Part shown: piece after piece, positions 1-9,323 of the stretch | How the letters are laid out: each line of letters opens with the position of its first letter | Position numbering within the stretch: the stretch's first letter is position 1 | Virus record (IMG/VR): IMGVR_UViG_3300021446_000194 | From: an uncultured virus (IMG/VR IMGVR_UViG_3300021446_000194) | Taxonomy: Varidnaviria; Helvetiavirae; Dividoviricota; Laserviricetes; Halopanivirales | Length of the DNA: 59,021 nucleotides | Direction: 5' to 3' (one strand) | Position numbers and translations under genes: made by a program | The notes under the pieces: generated by a model | What the model saw: the letters and a program-made list of their open reading frames with translations, nothing else | The model's database searches: none | Told to the model about the DNA's origin: nothing

Positions 1-55
1 AAAAAAAAAATCTGGGGTGAGTGGGGCTACCGTATTACGGCTACGGAGCACAGGT
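1..55. repeat. Terminal direct repeat (identical to 58967-59021); circular-assembly overlap
   Basis: The first and last 55 nt are identical; 55 is a common assembler k-mer size. Confidence 0.95.
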
Positions 56-243
56 TCGATTCGTGGTGTCTGTTTTATTCTTTCATCCCGCTACAGTTGT
101 CTGTCTTCAATGTGTCTCACCGTCAGACCAGTCTGTCAGTCTGCGTTGACTGTCGCTCCCGATGAAGATGCTGATGGAACCCTCGCCCGGAGCTTGAACG
201 CATCACCCTTCGATGCTCCGGTTATCACCGATATCGAGGCGGT

Positions 244-1302
244 TTACACGAGTCGCCCGGCGTAGGCAGTTGCGTCGCGCCCCCCAACAAACCACCCGTC
301 AACGATAGTTCCGACTGTGTGCTCATCATCAACAAAGTTATCAATTGTTCTAGGGAAGTCCCAAACGACAGGGTGATCCGAGTATAATCCCGGTCGTCGG
401 TTTGCGAAACCAATACGATAGTCACTAGTTCTAGCAACAACCACTGTGCCTTGTGTGATGTGGACCGGTGCAGGGCTGTAGCCGTCAAATTCAAAAGTGC
501 TAACCCTGTATGATGTCAATGATCCGTCTCCATCAACTTTCCACTCTGCAAGTGGTAGGTAGGATGAATCATATAGAGCGATCACGGTGTTTCTACTCGA
601 CACCTTGACAAAGGTAGCACCGTAGCCATCGTATGTTTCTTTCACCTCAACAAGAGTGATTGTGTTTGGAAGGTCGACATCAAGTGTTTGAAGTCCGTAG
701 GAGGTGGGAGTGACGAGGTAGCCGTCTTCAGTGATTGACATATCTCCATGAACATTATTAGCTGTTGTGGAGCTCAGTTCGTTTTCTAAAGTGACATTAG
801 CGGGATCAGAGACATCGAAGATAGAAAAGTCATTGTTATCCGCTCGGATAAGCCACTTTTCTGAGAATGTCGGGGTATAGGCTAATCCGTCTGTGCCTTC
901 TGAATTAGGCGCACTTATCTCTTTCACCTTGTTGAAGTTACCTGACTCATCGACATTCCATACTTCCAGCCACTCAGTGGTGTAGTTGTCTTTCTGAGTC
1001 GTGGGGATGAAGTACCCATCCCCGATCTTGATACCGTCGACCGAGCGATACCTGTTCGTGAAGTTCTGTGAGTTCTGTACTTCCGGACCGCTGTCCGTAA
1101 TCTTTACCGAGGCCAGTGCCATTTCTGTGGAACTATTTGTAGACTCTCCGATCAGGACAGCTTGGTCTTCTCTCACTTTTATTGCACCCATTCTGTCGTC
1201 GAACTCACTCAGGGATTGGGACCAGTTATCGACCACACCTGTAACTCGGCTACCGTCGTATTGTTCCATAGGTGTCTTACAGTACGCAAGGGAATAAAGC
1301 AT
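244..1302 (-). CDS. Beta-propeller-like protein, candidate receptor-binding or virion protein
   Basis: Repeated beta-blade patterns (LEVWNVDESGNF, FSIFDVSDPANV, LQTLDVDLPNTI); AT-richer than the genome core. Confidence 0.55.
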   Translation of the reverse strand: MLYSLAYCKTPMEQYDGSRVTGVVDNWSQSLSEFDDRMGAIKVREDQAVLIGESTNSSTEMALASVKITDSGPEVQNSQNFTNRYRSVDGIKIGDGYFIPTTQKDNYTTEWLEVWNVDESGNFNKVKEISAPNSEGTDGLAYTPTFSEKWLIRADNNDFSIFDVSDPANVTLENELSSTTANNVHGDMSITEDGYLVTPTSYGLQTLDVDLPNTITLVEVKETYDGYGATFVKVSSRNTVIALYDSSYLPLAEWKVDGDGSLTSYRVSTFEFDGYSPAPVHITQGTVVVARTSDYRIGFANRRPGLYSDHPVVWDFPRTIDNFVDDEHTVGTIVDGWFVGGRDATAYAGRLV

Positions 1303-1321
1303 GAGGTCGCTGCGTGCTCGA

Positions 1322-1720
1322 TCAGGATTCGAGATTAAAGATGCCGATATATGGGTACCACGCAGCTTGTGTGCCGTCGACGCCGTTGGTAGTGTCGAAG
1401 TTGGTTATCTCCAGGTTCTTCTTCTCGTTGCGTAGGTCGACCATCCAGTTATCGGAGTCGAAGCCAGACAGCTCCGAGACGATAGGCGAGTCGCCTGGAG
1501 GTCGAATGTCGAAGTCGGTTTCACCGAATACCGTCCGAAAGACGGCGACAGGATGGTCGAATGAGCGGGTGTACTCGGTGAGATTGAACTCAATAGCGTC
1601 ATCCGAGTTTCCGATCTGGTACATTGCGACGCTGCCGTTTCCTGATTCGTCTTGCTCTACGAAGGTCGCCCCCGAGTGGTCAAGGTATGCTGCATCGTCT
1701 GGGCGGATTCCTACAAGCAT
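1322..1720 (-). CDS. Hypothetical virion protein, paralog of 1770-2213
   Basis: Shares SGFDSDNW and NGVDGTQAAWYPY with its neighbour; TATA-like CCTTTTAC about 25-30 nt upstream. Confidence 0.7.
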   Translation of the reverse strand: MLVGIRPDDAAYLDHSGATFVEQDESGNGSVAMYQIGNSDDAIEFNLTEYTRSFDHPVAVFRTVFGETDFDIRPPGDSPIVSELSGFDSDNWMVDLRNEKKNLEITNFDTTNGVDGTQAAWYPYIGIFNLES

Positions 1721-1769
1721 GGCTGCGTGTTGTTCGGCGTGGGGTAAAAGGTTCAGGGTGCTCAGCGGG

Positions 1770-2213
1770 CTAGTATTCGGTAGGTTCGTGGATGAACACG
1801 TAGGGATACCACGCGGCCTGTGTACCGTCGACGCCGTTAGCGGTGTTAAAGTCAGTCAGTTTGACTTGCTTGTTGTTGGTCGTGAGGGTGATGATCCAGT
1901 TGTCTGAGTCGAACCCGGATTGTTCGCTCACCATCTCTTTCCCGGCAGAGTACGCGGAGAAGTCCGTCGAGCCGAAGATGCTGCTGAACGACATCTTGAC
2001 TTCGTCGTACTCTTCCATGGCTTCCGGTGGTAGCTTGAAGATGATCTCGTCGGTGGGGTCATTGATCTCGTATAGTGCGACGTTACCGTTGTCGTTGTCG
2101 TTCTGGGGGGTATATGTCGCACCGTTGTGGTTGACATAATGTTGGTCGCCTGGGCGGACCCCAAGAAGGCGGCTCACCTCGATTCCGTCGATGATTCCTT
2201 GTCCAAGTCCCAT
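1770..2213 (-). CDS. Hypothetical virion protein, paralog of 1322-1720
   Basis: Acidic beta-rich ORF with the shared C-terminal motifs. Confidence 0.75.
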   Translation of the reverse strand: MGLGQGIIDGIEVSRLLGVRPGDQHYVNHNGATYTPQNDNDNGNVALYEINDPTDEIIFKLPPEAMEEYDEVKMSFSSIFGSTDFSAYSAGKEMVSEQSGFDSDNWIITLTTNNKQVKLTDFNTANGVDGTQAAWYPYVFIHEPTEY

Positions 2214-2215
2214 GG

Positions 2216-3130
2216 TTAGATTTTCTGCTTGAGTGCTTCGAGCCCGGCTGTCAGTCCGGTGTAGCTGTTTTTGCCGCTCGTTTCTTCCATTTCGAGCCGA
2301 ACATCGTCGTCTACGAGCATGTACCCGTCAGGGACCACTTCACGTTGATCCGGAGGAGTTGCGAGTGGCGTCTGCCCGGATAGGTCTTCATCGGGGTCTT
2401 GCGCGCCGTCGATGTAGTAGTTGTACCGGACCGTGTTTGCGGCGCTGGCGGATGTGTACTTCAGGAGCAGGAACTCGTCTGATGCCACCTTGATACGGGC
2501 GAACGTTTTGCTCTCCCCAGCGCCGAGGTCGGCGTCGACGGTGGTGTACTCGCCGTCGACATATAGCTGGTTTTCGACCTTAATGTCTTGCTCTTCGGTT
2601 ACGACGCGAGGCGGGGCCCGAACGTCTCCTTCGTAGATAAACGTGTCTGGGTCCCCTGAGCCGAAGAGGTCTGCGACGCCCCCAGCCGAGCCTGCTGGTT
2701 TGACTCTGTTCTCTTGACCAACGACTTTCAGCGGATCGTTCTGGGAAACGTCAGTTTGGGGCGTCACTTCGGCGACGAACCGGCCGCCGTCGAGGAAGAA
2801 GACGGCTGTCCCATTGTAGCCTCCTTGGATGTCTTCGGCCGCAATTCCAAGCGCGTCGATGGGGAGTGAGCGGCCCCCCAGTTCAGCGAGTTCCCCACCA
2901 ACGTCCCCCGGGGCGAGGCCCCCGCGATACTGCCCCTGCTGGAGCATCATCAGCAGTTGGATCTGCTGTCCGCTGAGTATTGCACGCATCAGTTCGTCGT
3001 CGTCGCTCAGGGCGTTGTCGATCTGCTCGATGATGTTCAACTGCTCATTCACATCATCGAGTGAGAGAACCTTCTTGCGGATGTCCTCAGCAGAGTCGAG
3101 ATCCTGAAGCTCTGGGTTTCCACTCGGCAT
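2216..3130 (-). CDS. Putative structural protein (helical N-terminus, jelly-roll-like C-terminal domain)
   Basis: Alternating beta-strand pattern over the last about 110 aa; lies in the structural cluster. Confidence 0.5.
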   Translation of the reverse strand: MPSGNPELQDLDSAEDIRKKVLSLDDVNEQLNIIEQIDNALSDDDELMRAILSGQQIQLLMMLQQGQYRGGLAPGDVGGELAELGGRSLPIDALGIAAEDIQGGYNGTAVFFLDGGRFVAEVTPQTDVSQNDPLKVVGQENRVKPAGSAGGVADLFGSGDPDTFIYEGDVRAPPRVVTEEQDIKVENQLYVDGEYTTVDADLGAGESKTFARIKVASDEFLLLKYTSASAANTVRYNYYIDGAQDPDEDLSGQTPLATPPDQREVVPDGYMLVDDDVRLEMEETSGKNSYTGLTAGLEALKQKI

Positions 3131-3179
3131 AGGAGTGACTATTCGGTCGAGAGTACAAAAGGCTATGCCGAGCGGACGT

Positions 3180-3998
3180 TTAAGCGAAGTCTACGTCCGC
3201 GACGCTGACCCGTTTGAGCGCGTCTGTCCAGCCCCTCGGTAGGTTCGGGCTTGAGTTGGTGAACCCACCCCACGTCACGACACGGGCAGGGATACCGCCT
3301 TTGCCGATCATCTCCATGACTGTATCCCGGTCGGTAACCGGCTGGATCTGGTACGTCTGTCCGGTCGCCTTCACGTCGACGTTGACGTTGTTGTTCTGGA
3401 GGTTGGAGAACGCGAACCGGAAGCGGTTCAGGCCGTTCTCGTCGGAGTCGACGCGGAAGAGTCCCTGTCGGCGCGACCCAGATAGCGCAGTAGTGGCGAC
3501 TTCGTCATCATCGCCCGTCGTGGTACGGGTGAGCTCAGATGGGACGGACCCACGCTCCTCGAAGTCGCCGGGGCCGAACCCGCGTCCGCGGTCGGACCCT
3601 TCTCGGAGGCCGAAGATGGTTGATCCATCAGCGGTTTGGACGCCGACCCGGACGTTGTCGGGTTCGACGTTGAACCCGTATTCGATGATGGTGCTGGCTC
3701 GCTCGTTGTCGACGCGGAATACTTCGTCTCCAGGGCTGGTTACGTTGGCGCTGTGACCGTTTTCCCCGAAGTAGCCGAAGTCGAGCGTGTCGCCCTGATT
3801 GCCGTCGGCTTGGAGAGTCACCGGGTTGGGGATTTCCTCTCGACGGCGACCGGTGCGAAGGACACGGAAAGCGAGGACGCGGATAGATCTGCTGTCCGGG
3901 CCTTGGTGCACGAGAACGATGTTGTCGAACTCTCGGGACGTTACGTCTTGAATCGCCGGGAATGGCGCGTCGTAGGTGTTTTCGTATTCGACTGACAT
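3180..3998 (-). CDS. Putative capsid protein (single jelly-roll-like), start MSVEYENT
   Basis: 272-aa beta-rich ORF (TIIEYGFNV, VRVGVQT, FRFAFSN, VDVKATGQTY); the fold is inferred. Confidence 0.45.
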   Translation of the reverse strand: MSVEYENTYDAPFPAIQDVTSREFDNIVLVHQGPDSRSIRVLAFRVLRTGRRREEIPNPVTLQADGNQGDTLDFGYFGENGHSANVTSPGDEVFRVDNERASTIIEYGFNVEPDNVRVGVQTADGSTIFGLREGSDRGRGFGPGDFEERGSVPSELTRTTTGDDDEVATTALSGSRRQGLFRVDSDENGLNRFRFAFSNLQNNNVNVDVKATGQTYQIQPVTDRDTVMEMIGKGGIPARVVTWGGFTNSSPNLPRGWTDALKRVSVADVDFA

Positions 3999-4120
3999 AG
4001 TTGCCCGCTCTGTGTTTTTGTTTGGAGCGAGCGGGAAGCTCACACCCCGACGTATGCACACGGCTCCCTAAAAGGTTGCCCGTAGGGGTTACACCGATAG
4101 TGAGGCGCGAGCCCACCCGA

Positions 4121-4291
4121 TCAGAGCTGGCTCACAACGAGCGCGCCGAGAGCACCGCCAGCAGCAAGCGCACGCGGGTTGTCTGCTGTAAGGGGTCCGA
4201 TGCCTGGAAGCCGAGGGGCGTCACTGTCGCCGCTCTCAGACCGGTCATTGGACTCTTCTGTAATGGTCACAGTACCGCATTGTGTAGACAT
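4121..4291 (-). CDS. Small 56-aa tail-anchored membrane protein (MSTQCGTVTITEE...ALAAGGALGALVVSQL)
   Basis: Translated by hand, below the ORF-track cutoff; hydrophobic Gly/Ala C-terminus. Confidence 0.6.
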   Translation of the reverse strand: MSTQCGTVTITEESNDRSESGDSDAPRLPGIGPLTADNPRALAAGGALGALVVSQL

Positions 4292-4299
4292 GGGTGCGA

Positions 4300-4602
4300 T
4301 CAGTCCTCCGTTTCGTATCCGCCCTCAATCACTTCGCCCTCAGCGTTGTAGGGAATGTTCGTTGCGGCGGACAGGAGCGCGTCCTGGCTCGTCTTGGTAA
4401 ACTCCCCCTCATGCCCATCCACGACGACGAGGACTGAACCATCGTCGGCTGATCGGACACCGGCTTCGGGAGCGCCGTCGCTCACGGGGGAACTGACACT
4501 CAGGTCTTCCTCTCGAACCATGCGGACGTGCCGACGAACAGCACCCACCGGGATGGACTCTCTATCGGTGGGTGTCACTTTGATAGTGATTTTCGACGCC
4601 AT
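4300..4602 (-). CDS. Hypothetical protein
   Basis: Acidic ORF with a TTTTTG TATA-like box upstream. Confidence 0.7.
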   Translation of the reverse strand: MASKITIKVTPTDRESIPVGAVRRHVRMVREEDLSVSSPVSDGAPEAGVRSADDGSVLVVVDGHEGEFTKTSQDALLSAATNIPYNAEGEVIEGGYETED

Positions 4603-4662
4603 AGGTGTCCATTACCGCGCTGCGTCAAAAAGTTACGGGGCTGTTCTGCCCGGACAGCCGCC

Positions 4663-5094
4663 TCAGCGGTTTTCTTCGGACTGGATGTCGACATCCACGT
4701 CCGTGGTCGCGCCGCCCGTGGCCGACGCCGAGGTGACTTCGATCTCGACAGTCGGCGACTCCCCGCGGAAGAACGCGGCGTCTTCTGCGGGGTTGACGTG
4801 GAACGTTTCTTCGGCAGCCGCAGACGGCGACTGCGCGCTGCTGAAGACGGATGTGCCGTTAACGAGGACCTGAAAGCTGAAGTCCGCAGCCGTCGGGGTG
4901 ACGGTGACAGACTGGACTTCACCTTCGATCTCGTCCGGAGTGCCGATGGTGGTTGTTCCGGTCGCGTCGACGGCGACGCCTGCCGCAGCGACCGTGGTGA
5001 CAGCCGCGAAGGCAGCCAGGGGCGTATCCGAGCCCAGGGTTGACCGGCCTGGAGTACGGAGGCCGGGAGTAGTTGCACCCGGAGTTTTAGCCAT
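4663..5094 (-). CDS. Small beta-sandwich or jelly-roll-like structural protein
   Basis: Thr/Val-rich strands; N-terminal TPG repeats; directly downstream of the candidate major capsid gene. Confidence 0.5.
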   Translation of the reverse strand: MAKTPGATTPGLRTPGRSTLGSDTPLAAFAAVTTVAAAGVAVDATGTTTIGTPDEIEGEVQSVTVTPTAADFSFQVLVNGTSVFSSAQSPSAAAEETFHVNPAEDAAFFRGESPTVEIEVTSASATGGATTDVDVDIQSEENR

Positions 5095-5104
5095 TCAGAC
5101 CACC

Positions 5105-5917
5105 TCAGACCAGATCGGGCGCTTTGCTCCCGGGTGCCATGTAGAACGCCACCGGGACGACTTCCGCGTCGCCGTCGTCGTAGACCTTCGCGTCGATGTC
5201 CACAGTAGCGGTGGCGTAGGTGCCCTGCGTGGTCAGGATGTGCGTTCCGGACAGACGCGAGGAGAACAGGCCGTTGACCGGGCCGAAGTCTTCCCCGTCT
5301 ACGTCTGCCAGTTCCGTCGCAGTGACGACCGACTTGCCTTCGCTCAGGTCGATGAAGTCCCCAGTGAAGAACAGGTACTCGTCGGGGTCCAACTGGAGCG
5401 AGTTGCCCGCTGTGTTGGCCCCCTCGTCCACGCCAGCGTCACCGACGACATCCAGCCGGTTGCCAGCGGTGAGGCCGGTCTGGAGGAAGTCGTTGACCTG
5501 CGTGCCCGAGATCTCCGAGTACACTTCCGGGGTAGCGAAAGTGAACAGGATGTCGTCGGTACCCGCACGGGCCACGTCCTTGATCGTGCCACTCGGGGTG
5601 TCGTTGTCGTTCTTGTACTTTGCAGCGAACTTCTGGATGAGGTTCTCTTCTCGGGAGAGACCCAGACCGGGGAACTCGATAGTTCGCTCCGGAGTGATGA
5701 ACTGGGTGAGCCACCCCTCGACCACCGAGTCGATGACGTTTGACTCGGTCAGCGTGGAGGAGCTCCCCGAAACGGAGAACTCGTCCACGGTGTCAGACAG
5801 GGTGGACTGGGGGTCGACCCCAGCCAGCCGACGAAGGCGGTCGGCTTCGTAGAAGGTACTCTGGAATCCAGACGGTAGTGCCTCGACTGCGCCAAGTTCG
5901 GATTCGGTTTGAGCCAT
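5105..5917 (-). CDS. Candidate major capsid protein (single jelly-roll-like C-terminal domain), start MAQTESEL
   Basis: 270 aa; strongly biased codons; beta-strand series LQLDPDEYLFFTG...VDIDAKVYDDGDAEVVPVAFYM; heads the structural transcript. Confidence 0.5.
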   Translation of the reverse strand: MAQTESELGAVEALPSGFQSTFYEADRLRRLAGVDPQSTLSDTVDEFSVSGSSSTLTESNVIDSVVEGWLTQFITPERTIEFPGLGLSREENLIQKFAAKYKNDNDTPSGTIKDVARAGTDDILFTFATPEVYSEISGTQVNDFLQTGLTAGNRLDVVGDAGVDEGANTAGNSLQLDPDEYLFFTGDFIDLSEGKSVVTATELADVDGEDFGPVNGLFSSRLSGTHILTTQGTYATATVDIDAKVYDDGDAEVVPVAFYMAPGSKAPDLV

Positions 5918-5981
5918 GATCCATCTCAACCTGGGAGCGTTCCCCACTTAGTTTTTGTTTGCGGAACGTGAGCTAACGGAT

Positions 5982-6161
5982 ATGGGAGACCTACGGATAG
6001 ACGACTGCGACGACGTGAAAGAGGACTTTGAACGCTTCAAGCTTGACGAAGGAATCGACACACACGAGGAGGGCCTGCGAAAGCTCGTGAAGTTCTACAA
6101 CCTCAAGCAAGAGGAGTTTCGTGACATTGACCTGGACCGCGGGCGAGCACGGTCACGCTGA
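5982..6161 (+). CDS. Small putative DNA-binding protein (ribbon-helix-helix-like)
   Basis: Short beta strand then two helices (LRIDD...FERFK...THEEGLRKLV). Confidence 0.4.
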   Translation: MGDLRIDDCDDVKEDFERFKLDEGIDTHEEGLRKLVKFYNLKQEEFRDIDLDRGRARSR

Positions 6162-6212
6162 CTCCAGCCCATCGCCGCCGGGGCTAAGGTGGGTGAACAT
6201 CTATCGGGGGAT

Positions 6213-6821
6213 ATGGGACCAGTAAAGTTCACCCTTCACTCCCACGAACAGTCTGCATCCGGCGACTCTTCAACCAGCATGGAGGGAATGTTGGAAGAGT
6301 ACGAAAAGCAAGGGTTCGATGTCGTCGGGTTTGTCGGCCATGACTCCCGACCGTCGCCGCCGAGGGAAAGCGGCAGTATCGACGTTCTGACCGGGGTTGA
6401 ACACGAACTACAAAAGGAACCGACGCGACTGCACATGATTGAGTTTCCCGATCAGAACCTACGCATTTTGGCTCATCCCAAACCGACGTTCCCAGACCGG
6501 ACTGAGGAGAGGGCGATCAGCATGGCTGACAAACTCGGCGTCGACGCCGTCGAGATGTTCAACCGTGGGGATAAGCAGATGCCGGAGCCTGTGATGGACT
6601 CCTACCCGCGTGTGGCCTCCGACGACGCTCACAACACACACCAAGTGGGCTCGTCGTACATGACTGCGGACACAGAAAACAGCGTCAGCGGGGTGGTACA
6701 AGCGGTGAAGACGGGGAAACTATCTCTACACAATCCGGGTGTCACCGCCACGGGACATGTCGCTGGACGGATGCACCAAGGAATCTCGATGATGAAATTC
6801 TACGCCGCAGGAGGAAAGTAG
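6213..6821 (+). CDS. PHP-family metallophosphoesterase
   Basis: LHSH..S.D, GHD, GVEH, AHP and SDDAH metal-binding motifs. Confidence 0.85.
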   Translation: MGPVKFTLHSHEQSASGDSSTSMEGMLEEYEKQGFDVVGFVGHDSRPSPPRESGSIDVLTGVEHELQKEPTRLHMIEFPDQNLRILAHPKPTFPDRTEERAISMADKLGVDAVEMFNRGDKQMPEPVMDSYPRVASDDAHNTHQVGSSYMTADTENSVSGVVQAVKTGKLSLHNPGVTATGHVAGRMHQGISMMKFYAAGGK

Positions 6822-6830
6822 GCGCTTCTC

Positions 6831-7244
6831 TTATCGGGACCGAGTGCGCGTGCCGGTACGGACCTGCTCGGCCGTGCCACCGCCGTTGGTGCCGCCGTTG
6901 CTGCCGGAGCCGCCAGACGGGTTGCGGCCCCGACTGGGTCCGTCACTGAAGAGCTGTTCTCGGATTCGCTCAGCGGCCGGTGTCCCAGCCGTCTTGGGGA
7001 AAAGGACGGACACCATGCCTGCTGGGATGCTAGTGATCGCGTGAGACGCCCAGAAGTCGTCAGCGAGGAGCGGCACGTCGATGTCGACGTACCACATTCC
7101 CAGCGCGAGCGCACCTGTGCCGAGCCCGAAGAGGGCAGAGGGTTGTGTGAAGCGGCTGTTGCCCGGTTCGTCCACGAACTGTCGGGCAGCAAGCGTTCCT
7201 CCAAGGCCGAAGCCACCGCCTGCGACTCGTTGTAGTGTCGCCAT
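6831..7244 (-). CDS. Membrane protein
   Basis: Three Gly-rich hydrophobic segments; TTTTAAG promoter upstream. Confidence 0.75.
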   Translation of the reverse strand: MATLQRVAGGGFGLGGTLAARQFVDEPGNSRFTQPSALFGLGTGALALGMWYVDIDVPLLADDFWASHAITSIPAGMVSVLFPKTAGTPAAERIREQLFSDGPSRGRNPSGGSGSNGGTNGGGTAEQVRTGTRTRSR

Positions 7245-7300
7245 ACAAGCCTGTGGACGTTCTGATTCCTTAAAACCTCGCCCGCAGGTTGTTTCCGTGG

Positions 7301-7609
7301 TTAGACCGAGGGGAGCCCAGGTTTGGAAGTTCCTTTTGGGACGAAAGCGGAGAACAGGCCGGTGAGCAGGGCCGAGTAGCCAAGGGTGTAGACCATGTCG
7401 GTGTACCCACGACGGCTTCCTACCGGCGCGCCGATGGTCCCGTTGTTCACGAGCATTGCGCTTGCGAGGGCTGCACCGCCAACTCCAACGCCAACCAGGA
7501 CTGATGGTCGGAGTATGGAGTCATTACCCTGCTGATCGAGGACGGTTCGTGCGCCGAGCGTGCTGAGCGCGCCGAGGCCGATTGTCCCGGCTTCTTTCAG
7601 TTGCGCCAT
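7301..7609 (-). CDS. Membrane protein, probable paralog of 6831-7244
   Basis: Similar layout (GLG.L....AR...D...N......PS.L.G.G.G, ending PK). Confidence 0.75.
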   Translation of the reverse strand: MAQLKEAGTIGLGALSTLGARTVLDQQGNDSILRPSVLVGVGVGGAALASAMLVNNGTIGAPVGSRRGYTDMVYTLGYSALLTGLFSAFVPKGTSKPGLPSV

Positions 7610-7673
7610 ACACCCCGTTTCTCACTCGCCCGTAAAAACAGTTTGCACGGCAACCCGTTTCCGTACTTTCTGC

Positions 7674-8549
7674 TTACCCGCTGGGGAGTCGAGGAAGGGA
7701 GCTTCCCGAGCCACCACTCCCACTCTCCACAGCTTGACGTGCAGTGTCAATCGCTGACCCTGCGGCCTCACCCGCCGGGGCCAGCACATCAGCAACGCCC
7801 GTCTGGTTGAGAAGGAGGACTATGGAGAGTGCTGCACCCCCGGCGACAGCAACCTCCTGCGTGGGGAAGCTCGGGAAGCTGATCCCCGTCGTCTGTCCCA
7901 GGACGACTTTTGACCCTGCCCCGACTGCGCCCCCAGCCAGGGCAAGCCTGCCAGCGTTTTGTCCCGTAAGTGAGGCAAGCGCCCCACCGACGCCGGCCCC
8001 ACCCAACACGTACGGAGCGTACTCCTTCGCGTTTGCCCGCCGTTGCTGTTCCCGCGTGTTGATGTTCACCCGGAATGGACCCTCTGTCTCGGTAGTATTC
8101 CACGTCCCGACTTTTGATTGCGCCTTCACAGTCAGCGCCATCTTCTCCCCGGCGTCTGTCGGAGTCGGAATATCAACCGAGAACGGCCGTGTCTGACAGT
8201 GAGACAACGAGTCCGTTTCCACGATTCGAGGCTCATTCAACGATGGGCCATTGACTTTCACCCGTAGTGCGCGCTTCCCGATTTGGACACCAACGTTGTC
8301 GAGATGAATCACTCCAGTGATAGTGAGAGTGTCCCCGCGAAGTGCGTTTGATGGGACGTTAAGCTCTCGGAAGTGGGCTCCCTTGAACACCTCACCAACG
8401 TAGTCTTGCGGGTTATCTGCTACGTCGCCTCTTTCTAACCCGGCAATTCGGAGGGGTTCACCTCCCGGAAGTCGTAGTGTCCCTGTATTCCCAGATTCAC
8501 GCTCCTGGCGTTGAGGCCGGATCGTGCTGGGGGTCCGGTTACGTGCCAT
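7674..8549 (-). CDS. Ig-like domain protein with C-terminal membrane segments
   Basis: Beta-sandwich pattern (LNVPSNALRGDTLTITG) followed by Gly/Ala hydrophobic helices. Confidence 0.6.
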   Translation of the reverse strand: MARNRTPSTIRPQRQERESGNTGTLRLPGGEPLRIAGLERGDVADNPQDYVGEVFKGAHFRELNVPSNALRGDTLTITGVIHLDNVGVQIGKRALRVKVNGPSLNEPRIVETDSLSHCQTRPFSVDIPTPTDAGEKMALTVKAQSKVGTWNTTETEGPFRVNINTREQQRRANAKEYAPYVLGGAGVGGALASLTGQNAGRLALAGGAVGAGSKVVLGQTTGISFPSFPTQEVAVAGGAALSIVLLLNQTGVADVLAPAGEAAGSAIDTARQAVESGSGGSGSSLPRLPSG

Positions 8550-8588
8550 GCAACAGAGTATCGTGTGGAGGCCCGTTAAAGTACGGGG

Positions 8589-9323
8589 CTACTCTTCATT
8601 CAGAGACGCAACGGTCTGATCTTTCACTCGGCCGAAAGCACTCTTGATCGCACTTGTCGCAATGGATGTGAAAACGCCAGCAGCAACCGACGCCCCAATG
8701 GTCTTAAGGCCCTTTTGCTGCCGGGTCGTTGGAACGTCCTTCATAACCGGCTGGTCACGCATCCGCGAGATCTCTCCGAACTGCCGAAGGGTCTGCCGAA
8801 CGGTCCGGTCTTCCCCGCGGTTGGGGACCGGGTAGCATTGGTCGCCGCCGTCCGTGATGCAGTTAGCACGAGGGTACATCAGGTAGTGTGTTCCGAGGTC
8901 AGACGGGTTGAGCCGATCAAGGCTCGCCACCATCTTGGCCGTTGGCTTCTCGGTCATGGGAAGGAGCACGCCGCCAGCACCCGAGACTTCCGGTCGTGAA
9001 AGCTCCTCGATAGCCCGCTCTGTGTAGTCGTCACGGATCAGTATGGCGTCAGCATCCATCTCCATAACGTAGTCCGTGTTGGCGTTCTCAACACCAAGTT
9101 GACGCGCGTCTCCGATTCCCAGCCCGGGTTCTCTCACAACCCGGGTGTTCAATTCACTGTGGTCAACTTCCACAGGCGGCTCCGACGCATCAACCACGAT
9201 GACCTCGTCCGGGGGCTTATTCTGCTCCGCGAGCCTGTCCATCGTCCACGCAAGGTATGACGGGTTGGGGTCCTTCACCGTCAGTACCGCGGTTACGCTC
9301 GGGTCGTCGCCGTCCCCCGACAT
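8589..9323 (-). CDS. Family 2 glycosyltransferase with C-terminal hydrophobic tail
   Basis: EVIVVDAS, GIGDARQLG, MEMDADA (DxD) and GEDR motifs. Confidence 0.85.
   Translation of the reverse strand: MSGDGDDPSVTAVLTVKDPNPSYLAWTMDRLAEQNKPPDEVIVVDASEPPVEVDHSELNTRVVREPGLGIGDARQLGVENANTDYVMEMDADAILIRDDYTERAIEELSRPEVSGAGGVLLPMTEKPTAKMVASLDRLNPSDLGTHYLMYPRANCITDGGDQCYPVPNRGEDRTVRQTLRQFGEISRMRDQPVMKDVPTTRQQKGLKTIGASVAAGVFTSIATSAIKSAFGRVKDQTVASLNEE

Noticed and set aside
1..55. Biological terminal repeat of a linear genome
   Set aside because: An exact 55-nt overlap starting inside a homopolymer is typical of assembler circularisation; no terminal protein or protein-primed polymerase is seen
1353..1919. 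Diversity-generating retroelement TR/VR pair
   Set aside because: Both copies are coding, differences are largely synonymous rather than adenine-specific, and there is no reverse transcriptase
4898..5852. Long antisense ORFs opposite real genes (here and throughout the window)
   Set aside because: Shadow frames caused by high GC3 codon bias; Ser/Arg-rich with no motifs
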